NCBI GenBank assembly: GCA_965223425.1
Contig: OZ245003.1
Location: 288,001-352,000 of the forward strand
Reading direction: 5' to 3'
DNA: 64,000 nt
Source of the DNA: Nitrosopumilus sp.
GTDB taxonomy: Archaea > Thermoproteota > Nitrososphaeria > Nitrososphaerales > Nitrosopumilaceae
The notes beneath the pieces are model-generated. The model ran no database searches. It was not told where the DNA came from and was given only the letters and a program-made list of their open reading frames with translations. Every line of letters starts with the position of its first letter. The first letter of the stretch is position 1. A program made the position numbers and the translations under genes. Shown here one piece after another: positions 32,137 through 43,424 of the stretch.

Positions 32137-33204
32137 AGACCCTATCCGTTATTAACATAATTTTACCATTTTCCAGATATTTGTTCGCAACTAGATCCAA
32201 AACAGGCAAAATGCCATGCATGTCATGTTAAACCACAAAAAGCTGGCAAAAAAACCAAAATTATTCCTGTCCATGACGGGAGTTACCCCCGGGCAGTTTT
32301 ATGATCTGTGCCCGGAGATAGAGTCACAGTACAAGATAACGGAGGAAAGACGCCTCTCCAGGAATAACAGAATCCGAGACATCGGCGCAGGGCGCAGGTT
32401 CAAACACTGCCGCAGGGACAGAATCCTGATGGCACTGATCCACTACAGGACATACGTCACACAGGGTCTCCTGAGCCTGCTTTTTGACCTGAGCCAGTCA
32501 AATGTCAGCACCGGCATACGATACATGGAGCCTGCCATAAAATCTGCACTGTCACTGCCTGACAAAAAGCTTGCAGAGACCAGACAGATATCAGACATTC
32601 GGGAGCTGGCATGCGCCTTTCCTGGGCTGCACGCAGTCATTGACGCATCAGAGCAGCAGATTCAAAGGCCCAAGAACAAGTCCATGAGAAAAACACACTA
32701 TTCGGGCAAAAAGAAGATGCATACGGTCAAGACACAGTACGTTGTAAACGCAGACGGCATGATTATGCACAGGACGCCGCACTCGCCTGGAAGCAGGCAT
32801 GACTATTCTGTCTTCAAGTCAAAGTGCCCAAAACTTTCAAGAGATCTGAAAATCCTTGTGGATCTTGGATATCAGGGGATACGGAAGGACTATCCGGAGC
32901 TTGACGTGTTGATCCCGTACAAGAAGCCAAGGGGCGGCAAGCTTGATGATGCGCAGAAGGAATTCAACCGGGAGCTGTCCAGAGCAAGGGTACCGGTGAG
33001 CATGTCATCTCAAGGATCAAGAAATTCGGCATAATGAGGGACAAGTTTAGGAACAGACTGTGCAGGTATGACTGCATCAATGCCATAATCTGCGGCCTGA
33101 TCAACTACAAGCTGAAGACGCGCGATTTTGTTGTGATACCATGACGTAACAAGGAATCAGTTTGGTGAAACGTCAGGTTTTGTTAGTAATTACAGATCAG
33201 GTCT
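32137..33204 (+). mobile_element. IS5/ISL2-like element (HTH + DDE_Tnp_4), transposase 32216-33144 with a frameshift near 32998
   Basis: Ends agacc... / ...ggtct; 3-bp TSD TAT (empty site tgctatgag in sister IS110 copies); IDASEQ, YSGKKKMHTVK, HD, DLGYQG. Confidence 0.9.
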
Positions 33205-33631
33205 TATGAGTTGGTGGTGTACGGGTTTGATAGCGACGCGTCCATGCTTAGCTCGTCTCTTATCTGAAAGAACGGCGCCTTCCAACAGACGAGGATTCCA
33301 TTACAAGCTTAGAGTCCTTATGTAAATAGCTGATGTTGTACCTGATGTCTTTTGGTGTGTTTGCTATCTTTTTGTTGAGCAGTTCCTCGCCGTTTTCATC
33401 CATGACAGACATGTGATGGTCTTCTTGTGGACACCCAGGCCGACAAAGACAGCTGACATGCATATCCTCGGATCTGGGGTTGTGTGTTTGTTTGCATTTC
33501 TGATCTTTGCAGTACTGGCTCTGTTTTCTGAACCAGAACCATTCTTATCATCTAATTTCCTTGATCGAGGCACATCAGATTACTATTTGTAGACAAATTA
33601 TGTTATTAACAATGCTACATTATAAAAAAAA

Positions 33632-35128
33632 TTGAGTAGTATACGAGTAACGTATTCTGGCCTTATCGGGTTTGTAGTTGCTATGAGTGGAATTTTATTC
33701 GGACTGGCTTTTACAATTATTGTTACCAGGCAGTTAGAACCACAGGAGTTTGGCATTTGGGCAATAATTGGAAGAATGCTGGGGTACTCCATTATTACTG
33801 AGGTAATAATTTCTTATTGGTCTGTAAGACAAATTGCACGAAATGAGCCTATTGGAAAAACATCTATTATATCCAGCTCGCTTTTCTCTGTCGGTTCTAT
33901 TCCGATTTACGTAATTTGCGTATACTTGTTCTCAGATGTGAACGATGCGTTCTTTAGCTCTATGTTACTTGCTACGATTTTAATTCCCGTAATGTTCATC
34001 CGTGGCACCCTACATAGTATAAATTTTGGTCATATGCCACATGCTACAAGCATCGGAATAGCTGTTTTTCAACTTCTAAAAATTCCCTGTAGCCTTGGAT
34101 TGGTTTTTTTCCTAGACCTAGGACTGAATGGCGTAATTATCGCCATTTTCATTGCATACTTGGGTGAGATCGCAGTTCAACTTAGATATGCAATACCAAA
34201 GCTATCCGTCTCTCTGAACTTTTCATATTTAAAAAACTGGATTAAACAAAGCTGGATACCAATGTATGCAACAATATCAAATGTTATGGCAATCCTAGAT
34301 GTGATAATTTTTACAATAATTACCGGTTCCATTATTGGCGTTGCATATTATGCGGCAGCTGCAGTGGTGGCCAATCTTGTTGCTCGTACAGGATCAATCC
34401 ATAAGGCACTTTATCCAAAATTGTTAGCTAGTGGAAGTCGTGAACATATCAATGAAAATTTTATATTGATACTATATTTTGCAATACCCCTATTGTTCAT
34501 TACGATTATTTTCCCTAAACACATCTTGTTTGTACTAAACTCCGAATATGCCCATATGGGAATGGCAGTCACGTTCTTGTCCCTTCATGCATTTTTTTAC
34601 ATGATTACCACATTTTTCAATCGGACTCTGCTTGGAATAGAGGATGTAGACGTTGAGAAAAGACCTAGTCCGTCACAGTTGTTCAGAAGCAAATTATTCC
34701 TAATCTCTAGCATATCTAATATACGTCATGTACTTTACATAGGAACTTTGGCTACACTCCTATATGCCTTTCAAGATCTATCAGATACAGAACTAGTCAA
34801 CATGTGGTCAATGATTGCATTAGCGTTTTCAATTCCGTTTTTGATTTACTCGGGTATTTTAGTAAGAAGATATGCCATACTCCCAACACCCTATGTGCCA
34901 ATTCTAAAATATTTGATAGGCGGAATAAGCATAGCAATTACGTTTGTATTTACTAATGAGTATGTTGTGGTGTTTGAATCTAATATTTATTCATATTTGC
35001 CCAATCTAATATTGGAGCTAATGCTTTGCTGTGTCGTGTATGTGGGAGTTACATATGCAATTGACCGCAAAACTAGGAACCTCTTCAAACTGGTCGCCTT
35101 GGAAACTCTTTCCCGGTGGAAGAAATGA
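33632..35128 (+). CDS. polysaccharide flippase / MOP superfamily exporter
   Basis: 498 aa, many TM helices, IIVTRQLEPQEFGIW, GVAYYAAA, LYPKLL. Confidence 0.85.
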   Translation: MSSIRVTYSGLIGFVVAMSGILFGLAFTIIVTRQLEPQEFGIWAIIGRMLGYSIITEVIISYWSVRQIARNEPIGKTSIISSSLFSVGSIPIYVICVYLFSDVNDAFFSSMLLATILIPVMFIRGTLHSINFGHMPHATSIGIAVFQLLKIPCSLGLVFFLDLGLNGVIIAIFIAYLGEIAVQLRYAIPKLSVSLNFSYLKNWIKQSWIPMYATISNVMAILDVIIFTIITGSIIGVAYYAAAAVVANLVARTGSIHKALYPKLLASGSREHINENFILILYFAIPLLFITIIFPKHILFVLNSEYAHMGMAVTFLSLHAFFYMITTFFNRTLLGIEDVDVEKRPSPSQLFRSKLFLISSISNIRHVLYIGTLATLLYAFQDLSDTELVNMWSMIALAFSIPFLIYSGILVRRYAILPTPYVPILKYLIGGISIAITFVFTNEYVVVFESNIYSYLPNLILELMLCCVVYVGVTYAIDRKTRNLFKLVALETLSRWKK

Positions 35129-35145
35129 CAGTAGACTTTATGCAT

Positions 35146-35362
35146 CCATGTGAATTCTTTATAAACATTCCTTGCAAACTGTCACAGTGTTGAATGGCTC
35201 ACGTTAGGGTTGATCCAAATTCCAAAAGATGAGCGGACAAGTATCCATTCGGGATCTTACTCCCAGTGCCATTCTTCATCCATTTGTTAGATTGAACCGC
35301 AGTTAATTGCCCGAGGTGTAACCTCAACGCATAAAACGCAGACAGACTCTAACCGTAATAAA
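35146..35362 (-). ncRNA. putative bridge/seek RNA of the IS110 element
   Basis: Hairpins gagg..cctc and ggga..tccc plus aatgga/atggata motifs shared with the non-coding region at 31537-31790; two 9-mers match the target IR. Confidence 0.65.
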
Positions 35363-36372
35363 TTATTTTTGGGCAACATACTCTTTTTTCTCCTTTAGCA
35401 TCCAATATATTACACGTATCAGCTTTGATGCCGCTGCAACCTTTGCCTTTGATCTTCCTCTCTTTTTTGCAAGACGGTTGTAGAATCTTGTAATGTCGCT
35501 GTCAGGCGCGTGTCTTGTATGGGTCTGGATTGCCTCCACTGCTATCCATCGCAGCATACGGCTTCCCCTCTTTGTTATCCTGCCGTGGTGTACCGTCTCA
35601 GCAGAGTTTCTCACGGACGGAACAATGCCCGCGTATGCACACAGTTTGTGCGAGTCTGAAAATCTTTTGACATTGCCAATCTCCGAATATATTGCAAGCG
35701 CAGAATAATACCCTATTCCAGGAACGGTGGTCAGCAGACTGATGTTCTGATCCCTTTTGACTATCCGGCGGGTTTTTACATCCATTTTGTAGATCTGCCC
35801 GTCTAGAAACGCTATGGAATCAAGGAACGAATCTATGCGATAGTTCCTCAGTTTTCTCAATTCCCTTACGTGGCCGGATCCGAATCCGCCGGATTTTGTC
35901 TTGATTCCGTTTTGCAAGAGTATCCCATGTATGGAATTCTTCATGACTGTTCTTGTCTTGACCAGTTTGTTTCTGTGTCTTGCAAGGTGTCTTAGCTCTA
36001 CTATGTCATTGTCGGGCACGTGGCACTGTGCAATGTAGCCCCCTCTCAATAGATTTGCCAGCGCCTGCGCGTCCACCTTGTCTGTTTTTTTGAGCGACGT
36101 TGCAATTACCTTGGTGCTAAACGGATTGGATACGATTACATTTAATCCCAGCGTATCTGTGAGAAACCGGTATAGGCCGTACCAGACAGATGATGATTCC
36201 AGCACGTATTTTGAGTCCCTTGGGATCATGGCAAATGTTTTCCTGATCTCCGCATGATTGTTCTTTATCTTCATGTTGGACTGCAGTGTCCCGCCGCCAT
36301 CCAGTACTGCAACTTGAATCGTCTCCTTGTGTACGTCTAGTCCAACATACATGATCTTGTCAGAACCACGGG
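35146..36372 (-). mobile_element. IS110/IS1111-type element (type 1), apparently intact; transposase 35363-36352
   Basis: VGLDVHK, LESS, KKTDKVDA (DEDD RuvC), VPGIG, YAGIVPSVRNS, GRITKRG; 20-bp left end, ~215-bp downstream non-coding region, 1-nt core T at both junctions. Confidence 0.92.
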
Positions 36373-36563
36373 TAATCTGTTTCTTTGTTTTTTTCTTTTT
36401 AAAGGACTTGATGCCAGTGTCATCTAAAATTCCTTTTCTCCGAGCCTTCACATATGGTTAATTGAATCATAAAAATTTTTCCGAAAGATTTAGATCCATT
36501 TTGATCGCCGCAACAGGTAATGGAATCTTCAGAACAGACTATACGCAGGCTGCAAAGGGAGCT

Positions 36564-36714
36564 CAAGCAAAAGGACACAGCAATCAGGCAAAAGGACACA
36601 GCAATCAAGCAGAACAACAGAGCAATCAAGCAGAACAACAGAGCAATCAAGCAGAACAACAGAGCAATCAAGCAGAACAACAGAGCAATCAAGCAAAAGG
36701 ACGCAGCAATCAGC
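36564..36714 (+). repeat. 21-bp coding tandem repeat (heptads KQKDTAI / KQNNRAI) in the transposase N-terminus
   Basis: About 7 units of (a)gcaatcaagcagaacaacag-type sequence; in-frame coiled coil. Confidence 0.9.
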
Positions 36715-37987
36715 AGGCGCGAGAAGACGATTGGCCTGCTGCGCGAGCAGCAGCTGCTGCGCGAGGACAGCCTGTGGGCCGTTACAGATGCAGGCCGCCC
36801 TGATACGGACACGTCGCTGCTGCACATCAGGGAGGTGATCCACGGCATACTGCACAACAGCGCAAAGCTTGCAGGGATTACCTCGTATGACCTTGACCAG
36901 TTTGACTACATCTGCAATGACTTTGTGGTAGAGTCAAAGAGGCACAACAAAGACGCGCCGCTCTTTTCAGAGGACGGGACACCGGATCCCGGAAACCGCT
37001 GCCTGCCTGGCCGCAGGTCCGTCCTGCTGCTTGCGCTGTTCCGCAAGCGCTCAAACGTGACGCAGGACGCTCTGGGGCGCTGTTTGATGTTGACCAGTCC
37101 ACCGTGTGCAGGTACCTCCGGTTCGCAGATTCCGTGCTGGCAAAGATTCTGCCTACTGCAGACAGGATGACCCGTCTGGTAAAAAAGGCCGAGACATCAG
37201 GGCAGCTAGAGCAGCTAATGCCGGACAGAACCATCATAATTGACGGCACCGAGGTGGTGCCAAGGCAGCGTCCGCAGGACAGGGATAAAAGAAAAAACAC
37301 GTACTCTGGCAAAAAGAAGCGCTTTACGATTAACACCGCCATAACAACAAACAGGGCAGGCCTGATACCTGCAGCAGGCAGGTCCTTTGAGGGCGGGACG
37401 CACGACCTTACCATGATAAGAGAGGATCCGACAGACTTTGGCAGGCGGTCTAAATCCATGTACAAAAAGGACACTCCGGAAAAGGACAGGATACGGTGCT
37501 TGCAGACAAGGGGTACCAGGGATGCCAATCACTACACGGGAATGGCACTTGAGATGCCGGAAAAAAAGAGGCCGCGGACGGAGCTGACGCAGCAGCAAAA
37601 GGACTCGAACAAAAGGATCAGCGCCAAGAGGGTAAAGGCGGGGCACGCCATCGGAAGAATAAAGCAGTGGGCGAGGATGACAGACCCGTATGACGGCACG
37701 GTAGAGGAGTTTCGCGAGGAGCTGGCTGTGTGTACCGGCCTTGCAAACTTTCAACTGCTGTGGGATGCAAAGAAAAAGCGGCCGTCACTTGGTTATTGAC
37801 GGCACAGCACAGGGTGCATGAGGCACTGCAAGAGTGCGCACGGATTTCTAATTTCTGCGAATTTACACGGCCTTTTGCGTCAAAATTAAATAATTTCCTG
37901 GACTGGCTTTGTGTGTCTTGGTAATGTATGCTGCAGAAAAAATTTGACGGGTCAATTATGCATAAAGTCTCTTATCCTTGGATTAGT

Positions 37988-38589
37988 GTAATCTTATGTG
38001 CCTCGATCAAGGAAATTAGATGATGATGATAAGAACAGTTCTGGTTCAAAAAGATCCACTGTTAAAAGGATCAGAAATGCAAACAAACACACTAGCTGTG
38101 CTGGGCCCACGAGATACGGCAGGTAAAGCACGTAGCGCAAAAATATGATATTGCAGGGGACGTACGGCGGCGGCAACAGTACCACGAGGATCTCAAATGG
38201 GTATTTGCAGAGGCAAAACAGCTTGCTCAGTGTGCTGCGCCATCGTCCCGCCTGTGGTACTCTATGAACTGTGCGCTACATGACATACTGGACAGGTACC
38301 GCAATACCGGAGACGGCTTGCTACAAAAGATCATAGAGAGGATGGAGCGGCATCTTCCGTGCATGTTTGCATTTCTGGAATATTCCGGTGTTGATCCGAC
38401 TAACAACGCATCTGAAAGGGCGCTGCGATATCTGGTGGTGTTCCGGAAGATAAGCGGGCAGACCAAGAGCGGCGTTGTTGCCATGAAGCGTCTTGGAGAT
38501 TTTGTGACATGTGTTCTGACATGGAAGGCTCATGGCAAATGTATTGCACATGAGGTTGCCAGACTGATATAGGGGGTAGGTGAAGTTAC
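37988..38589 (+). mobile_element. internally deleted IS66 derivative
   Basis: GTAA...TTAC ends; left segment joined directly to LCWAH...PTNNASERALR...RKISG; no TSD seen. Confidence 0.75.
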
Positions 38590-38639
38590 AATACGAGTAC
38601 TATGACTGATATAAGGGGTAGGTGAAGTCATACGCAGAG

Positions 38640-39623
38640 ATGGTGCAAAAATTCAGCACAGTAATACCCTTTCGTGACACGCCGATAGAGCGCGAGTTCG
38701 CGAAGACATCAATCCCGTCAGCTATACGATTGAATCCCGACGAGTTGGTTATAGGTGTAGACGAACCTGCCGACGAGTCGTTTCTAGACTACATACGAGA
38801 TTTGTGCAACAAAGAGTCATATGCGAACTTCAAGATCGTGCGTGTGGAGCATTCTGATCAGTGGAGTTTTCAACTAGCCAATGTAATATGGCACTGCTAT
38901 AATGCCTGTAAAAACGACAAGATACTGGCAACGGATATAGACAATGTACTGAGAAATACGGTGCTAAAAGGGTACGACTTGATCGGTTCGAACAACAATG
39001 GCGTAGTATCTTTTACCAAAAAAACGTTGATCAGGAATGTGAGCGATCTAATAAGATATGTTTTTTATCGCTTGTCGGTACGCAGGCGATCCGATGTTTT
39101 TTCAGGTATTTACTGGGTGTACAAGCCGTATTATTTTGAGGATGTAGACATTGAGCAGTTCAAATCCATCCGCAACGGCATAGACGCCTACATGAGAGAC
39201 CAGATCACGGAAATGGGACGGCATTGCATCGTAACGCTAAAAGAGATCGGAGTGGAATCCTTGGATTACCAAAACGAAGATTATCCTTGGAGGCAGTTTC
39301 AAAAAGGCATATGGTTTTACGCAAACTATGAAAAGCATGGCAAACTGGAAATCGAACGGGAGCAGGATAGGCCTTTCATCTACAAATATGTGCACAAAAT
39401 CCTTGACAATCATCCTGGCTTGTATATACGGCTTATCAGCTATATGCACCAGCACCCATACTTCAAAAAAGGTTATTTTTGGGCCAAAAAAAACCCAACA
39501 CACGAATCTGTCCTAGTTGCAGGCAAAACATCTAGGAGCGGTTGGGGCTATCTGGGCTCCAAATACATCAAAGACATCTATTATTGGGAAAGACATGGTA
39601 GACATGGAACCGGGTTTGGCTAG
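38640..39623 (+). CDS. putative GT-A fold glycosyltransferase (paralog group 1)
   Basis: STVIPFRD, VIGVD, TDID (DxD), GIYWVYK, PWRQFQKGIW. Confidence 0.7.
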   Translation: MVQKFSTVIPFRDTPIEREFAKTSIPSAIRLNPDELVIGVDEPADESFLDYIRDLCNKESYANFKIVRVEHSDQWSFQLANVIWHCYNACKNDKILATDIDNVLRNTVLKGYDLIGSNNNGVVSFTKKTLIRNVSDLIRYVFYRLSVRRRSDVFSGIYWVYKPYYFEDVDIEQFKSIRNGIDAYMRDQITEMGRHCIVTLKEIGVESLDYQNEDYPWRQFQKGIWFYANYEKHGKLEIEREQDRPFIYKYVHKILDNHPGLYIRLISYMHQHPYFKKGYFWAKKNPTHESVLVAGKTSRSGWGYLGSKYIKDIYYWERHGRHGTGFG

Positions 39624-40101
39624 AATAGTTGGTAAATTCAACGACATACACGAGACTGCTAAGATTTCGGACTCTGCACGCATATGCGGATGGTGCTATA
39701 TTGGATCAGATGTGGAGATTGGCAACGATACCGTGATTAGTAACTTTTGCGAGATAAACTCAGGAGTCAAGATAGGCAACAGGACTCTGATCAATTCACA
39801 CTGTCATCTAAATAGCGACACGCAGATAGGGGACGATACAATACTAGGCAGTGGCGTGCTAACGGCAGATGAAAAATACATGACAGCAAAAACGCGAAAC
39901 GTTGAAAAAAAACCCTGCAAGATAGGCAGTAATTGCCGTATAGGCCAGAACTCGAACCTGATATCCACAGTTCTGGGCGATCACGTGTCCATCGGTGCTG
40001 GATCCACAGTCCTTGAACCGGAGATCAAGCCGTATGAGGTGTGGGTTGGTACCCCGGCAAGATTCTTGCGCAAGATGACCGAGTACGAACTTGGAATATA
40101 G
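39616..40101 (+). CDS. hexapeptide-repeat (left-handed beta-helix) acyltransferase
   Basis: Repeated IG-x4 hexapeptides, IGAGSTV, VWVGTPARF; start uncertain (39595-39616). Confidence 0.88.
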   Translation: MARIVGKFNDIHETAKISDSARICGWCYIGSDVEIGNDTVISNFCEINSGVKIGNRTLINSHCHLNSDTQIGDDTILGSGVLTADEKYMTAKTRNVEKKPCKIGSNCRIGQNSNLISTVLGDHVSIGAGSTVLEPEIKPYEVWVGTPARFLRKMTEYELGI

Positions 40102-40322
40102 ATGTGCGTTCGTTTATACGCATGAATAATGCGTATAATAATTCAGAGGATTATCGGAAAATGCTTCAAAATATCTGATTTTGCTGTATCTATCCGTACA
40201 TATGCTAAGAAAATCAAGAATGATTCTATGCAGTATTTGTGTATTCTGTCATGGAAATAATTAGTAGAAATTGTTCTATGTCATACATTGCAAAGTACAT
40301 TTGGATGTAAGATTGAGACACT

Positions 40323-42293
40323 AGACTTTATGCATAATTGACCCGTCAAATTTTTTCTGCAGCATACATTACCAAGACACACAAAGCCAGTCCAGGAAAT
40401 TATTTAATTTTGATGCAAAAGATCATTGTAAATTCGCAGAAATTAGAAATCCGTGCGCACTCTTGCGATGCGTCATCATCATCATCATGCACCCAGTATC
40501 GTACCGTCAATAACCAAGTGACGGCCGCTTTTTCTTTGCATCCCACAGCAGTTGAAAGTTTGCAAGGCCGGTACACACAGCCAGCTCCTCGCGAAACTCC
40601 TCTACCGTGCCGTCATACGGGTCTGTCATCCTCGCCCACTGCTTTATTCTTCCGATGGCGTGCCCCGCCTTTACCCTCTTGGCGCTGATCCTTTTGTTCG
40701 AGTCCTTTTGCTGCTGCGTCAGCTCCGTCCGCGGCCTCTTTTTTTCCGTAGTTAGCACATTAAATAATTGAATATTTTCACAGGCAGGATCTCCTTTCTG
40801 GCAAACAGCTTGCGTACTGACTGCTCCATCTCATCTAGCGTGCCAAACACTTTTGCAGACAGTACCCGCTTTATCACCCTCCACTGCATCTCAATGGGAT
40901 TAAGCTCCGGCGTGTACGGCAGCAGGTACTCCAGAACTATCTCGCCGTTGTATCTTTCCAGAAACTCCCTTGCCTTTTTGGATTTGTGATATGACGCATT
41001 GTCTACAAACAGCAGCACCTTGCCGAATCTTTTGTGAACCCGTTCCAAAAAGCTGCAAAAGCTGTCGCTGTTTGACTTTTCATAAAACATAAAGTAAAAT
41101 GCGTTTGCCGCCAAAGCTCCAAAGATGTATCTTCTTTCGCGTGACAAAACAGAGGGGGATGTGGCGCGCTTGCCGCGCCTTCTCCACCCGTAGCCGGGCC
41201 TGTTTGATGCCTTTTGAATCGAGGATGCATCGCCGGCCAGTACGGTGTATCCCTGCGCCGACTTTTCTGCAACGAGTTTTTTTGCCCGCTCCTGAAACTC
41301 TTTTTGCTTTCTTTTTGAGGCTGATCTTGGGTTTTTTGGACGCGCCTTGCTCCACGAAAAGCCCATCTCCCTGACCAGCTGCAGCGCGCCTGTCTTGCTG
41401 TACTGCACGCCGAACTTTTTCTTGATGTGCAGCCTTACCAGGTTGGAATCCCACAGGCTGCTCTCAAAGCCGCATGACTCCGGGCCCGCATCCAGGTCTG
41501 CTGCAAGCTGTCTTGCCTGCGGCCCGCCTATCAGGTGCTTTCGTCCCCTGCCGCTGCGCTCGAACCTTGCGCGTATTCCCTCGTCCTGTGCGCGGTTGAG
41601 CCATGCAGATATGGTGGACTTGGGCCTTCCCAGCATTCTTCCGATCCTGTCTAGCGGCACGCCGTCCTTGCGCTGCATGTACGCAAGCAGCCTGTCGCGC
41701 CTTCTGGGATCGGTCTCTTTTTTGTATGCCCTTTTGAGGTCTGCAACGCTGGTGTTTGGCAGAAATTTTGCCCCCCTTGCAACCTGTCTCTTTTTTTGTT
41801 TGTACATGCAGTGTGTGCGGTATGGCCGGTCTTGGATCTTTTGGCCAAAAATAATTGTCAAAATGATTCAGTTTTTTTATGTGCATACTACGGCATCTCA
41901 AGTGCCATTCCCGTGTAGTGATTGGCATCCCTGGTACCCCTTGTCTGCAAGCACCGTATCCTGTCCTTTTCCGGAGTGTCCTTTTTGTACATGGATTTAG
42001 ACCGCCTGCCAAAGTCTGTCGGATCCTCTCTTATCATGGTAAGGTCGTGCGTCCCGCCCTCAAAGGACCTGCCTGCTGCAGGTATCAGGCCTGCCCTGTT
42101 TGTTGTTATGGCGGTGTTAATCGTAAAGCGCTTCTTTTTGCCAGAGTACGTGTTTTTTCTTTTATCCCTGTCCTGCGGACGCTGCCTTGGCACCACCTCG
42201 GTGCCGTCAATTATGATGGTTCTGTCCGGCATTAGCTGCTCTAGCTGCCCTGATGTCTCGGCCTTTTTTACCAGACGGGTCATCCTGTCTGCA
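40323..42293 (-). mobile_element. partial ISL2-like element (copy of 35133-37970), interrupted by IS630-B and truncated by IS630-A
   Basis: Reverse complement of ~37156-37970, including the right IR agactttatgcataattg. Confidence 0.9.
40749..41890 (-). mobile_element. IS630-family element type B, single ORF 40752-41861
   Basis: IR tagttagcacat / gtgcatacta; VDNASYH, YTPELNPIE; CG duplicated. Confidence 0.93.
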
Positions 42294-43424
42294 TAGTGAA
42301 TTGGATTAACAATCGCTCACAAAACAGACAACATTATTCAACCACAAGATCTAGATCCCAGTGTATGGCAGAATCCGCATGAAATACAACGATTCCATAG
42401 TAATACCGGCAGACAAAAGATTCCTGTCCGGCGTCTCCAGTGCGCGCCTGCGCAGCATGCAAAAAAAGGAGACAGATCCCAGGGCCGCAGCAAGGCTGCT
42501 GGCATATGCCATGCGCAAGGAGGGCATGTCCATACGCCGGATATGCATGGCCCTCAACTGGCCATACTCTACAGTACGGGGCTGGCTTGTGCGCGCCGCA
42601 CAGCTTGGCACCGACGGCAGATACGACATCAAAAATGAAGGCGCGCCAAACAAGCTCGATCCGGAACAGACAAAGCAGCTGCGCGCAGACCTGCTGGCAG
42701 GCCCGCGCAGTTGCGGCTTTGAGTCCGGAGTGTGGACGGCACCGCTGCTGGCCGCACACATCAGAAAAAAGTTCGGCGTGCAGTATGCCACTGTCAGCAT
42801 ATATGACATACTGCACAGGATGGGCTTTTCGTGCAGAAAGCCGCGTCCAAAGCACCCAAGTCAGCCTCAGAATCAGAGAAAAAAGAGTTTAAAAAAAAGC
42901 AGGGGAGGTAATCCGGAGCCATCCAGGCCATACGGTGGTTACAGTTGACGAGGCCTCCTTTATCATTGGGTGGAATACCAAGAACGGGTGGTACCCCAAG
43001 GGCAGGCCCGTCACCACTCCAGTCAGCCTGTCGCGCAAAAGGTTCTACTCGTTTGGGGCACTACGACGGAGGCTTTGACTGCAGGTTCTATGCCAAGGCC
43101 GACAGCTACAGCTTTGTGGACATGCTCGGACACCTGCATCTCAAGCACGGCAAGATCATCGTCTTTCTTGATAACGCATCATACCACAAGTCAAAGATGG
43201 TCAATGATTTTGTCGACTCGTATGACGGCGACATAGTCCTTGTTTACTTGCCCGTGTACACCCCGGAGCTGAATACCACGGAGGGGCAGTGGAGGCTGTT
43301 AAGAAGGGCCACTGCAAACGTGATGTATGAAAGTACAAAGGTGATGAAGGAATCCATATGGACAATGCTGGATAGACGTGAGGTCAGGATAACAAGGATG
43401 AGCGGTTATTTATCCTAGTCACTA
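42294..43424 (+). mobile_element. IS630-family element type A
   Basis: IR tagtgaattgga / tcctagtcacta; orfA 42361-42948; orfB carries an extra small deletion near 43060; flanks come from two different truncated IS. Confidence 0.92.

Larger units (their letters stand above)
31434..33480 (-). mobile_element. degraded IS110-family element (type 2) with downstream non-coding region; interrupted by a MITE and an ISL2-like IS
   Basis: Fragments GVHKK, VMESS, KKT.K, YKRLAKKRGK...ASKLLRVIY; right end ccatgt shared with the element at 35146. Confidence 0.8.
35133..37970 (+). mobile_element. IS5/ISL2-like element (transposase 36520-37799, frameshifted) with IS110 inserted in its left IR
   Basis: Left IR agactttatgcat|aatctg split by IS110; right IR caattatgcataaagtct; IDGTE, YSGKKKR, THD, GHAIGRIK. 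Confidence 0.88.

Noticed and set aside
36353-36451. Lys-rich N-terminal extension of IS110 type 1 in the ORF track
   Set aside because: Most of it lies beyond the element boundary at 36372, in the host IS; the real start is ATG 36352.
36564-36714. Regular short repeats as a possible CRISPR array
   Set aside because: Head-to-tail 21-bp units without unique spacers, in frame within a transposase; no cas genes seen.
5452-37080. Single-base frameshifts at short G/C runs in transposases (e.g. 5452, 23790, 32998, 37075) as programmed recoding
   Set aside because: Scattered and without stimulatory structures; decay or long-read indel error is more likely.
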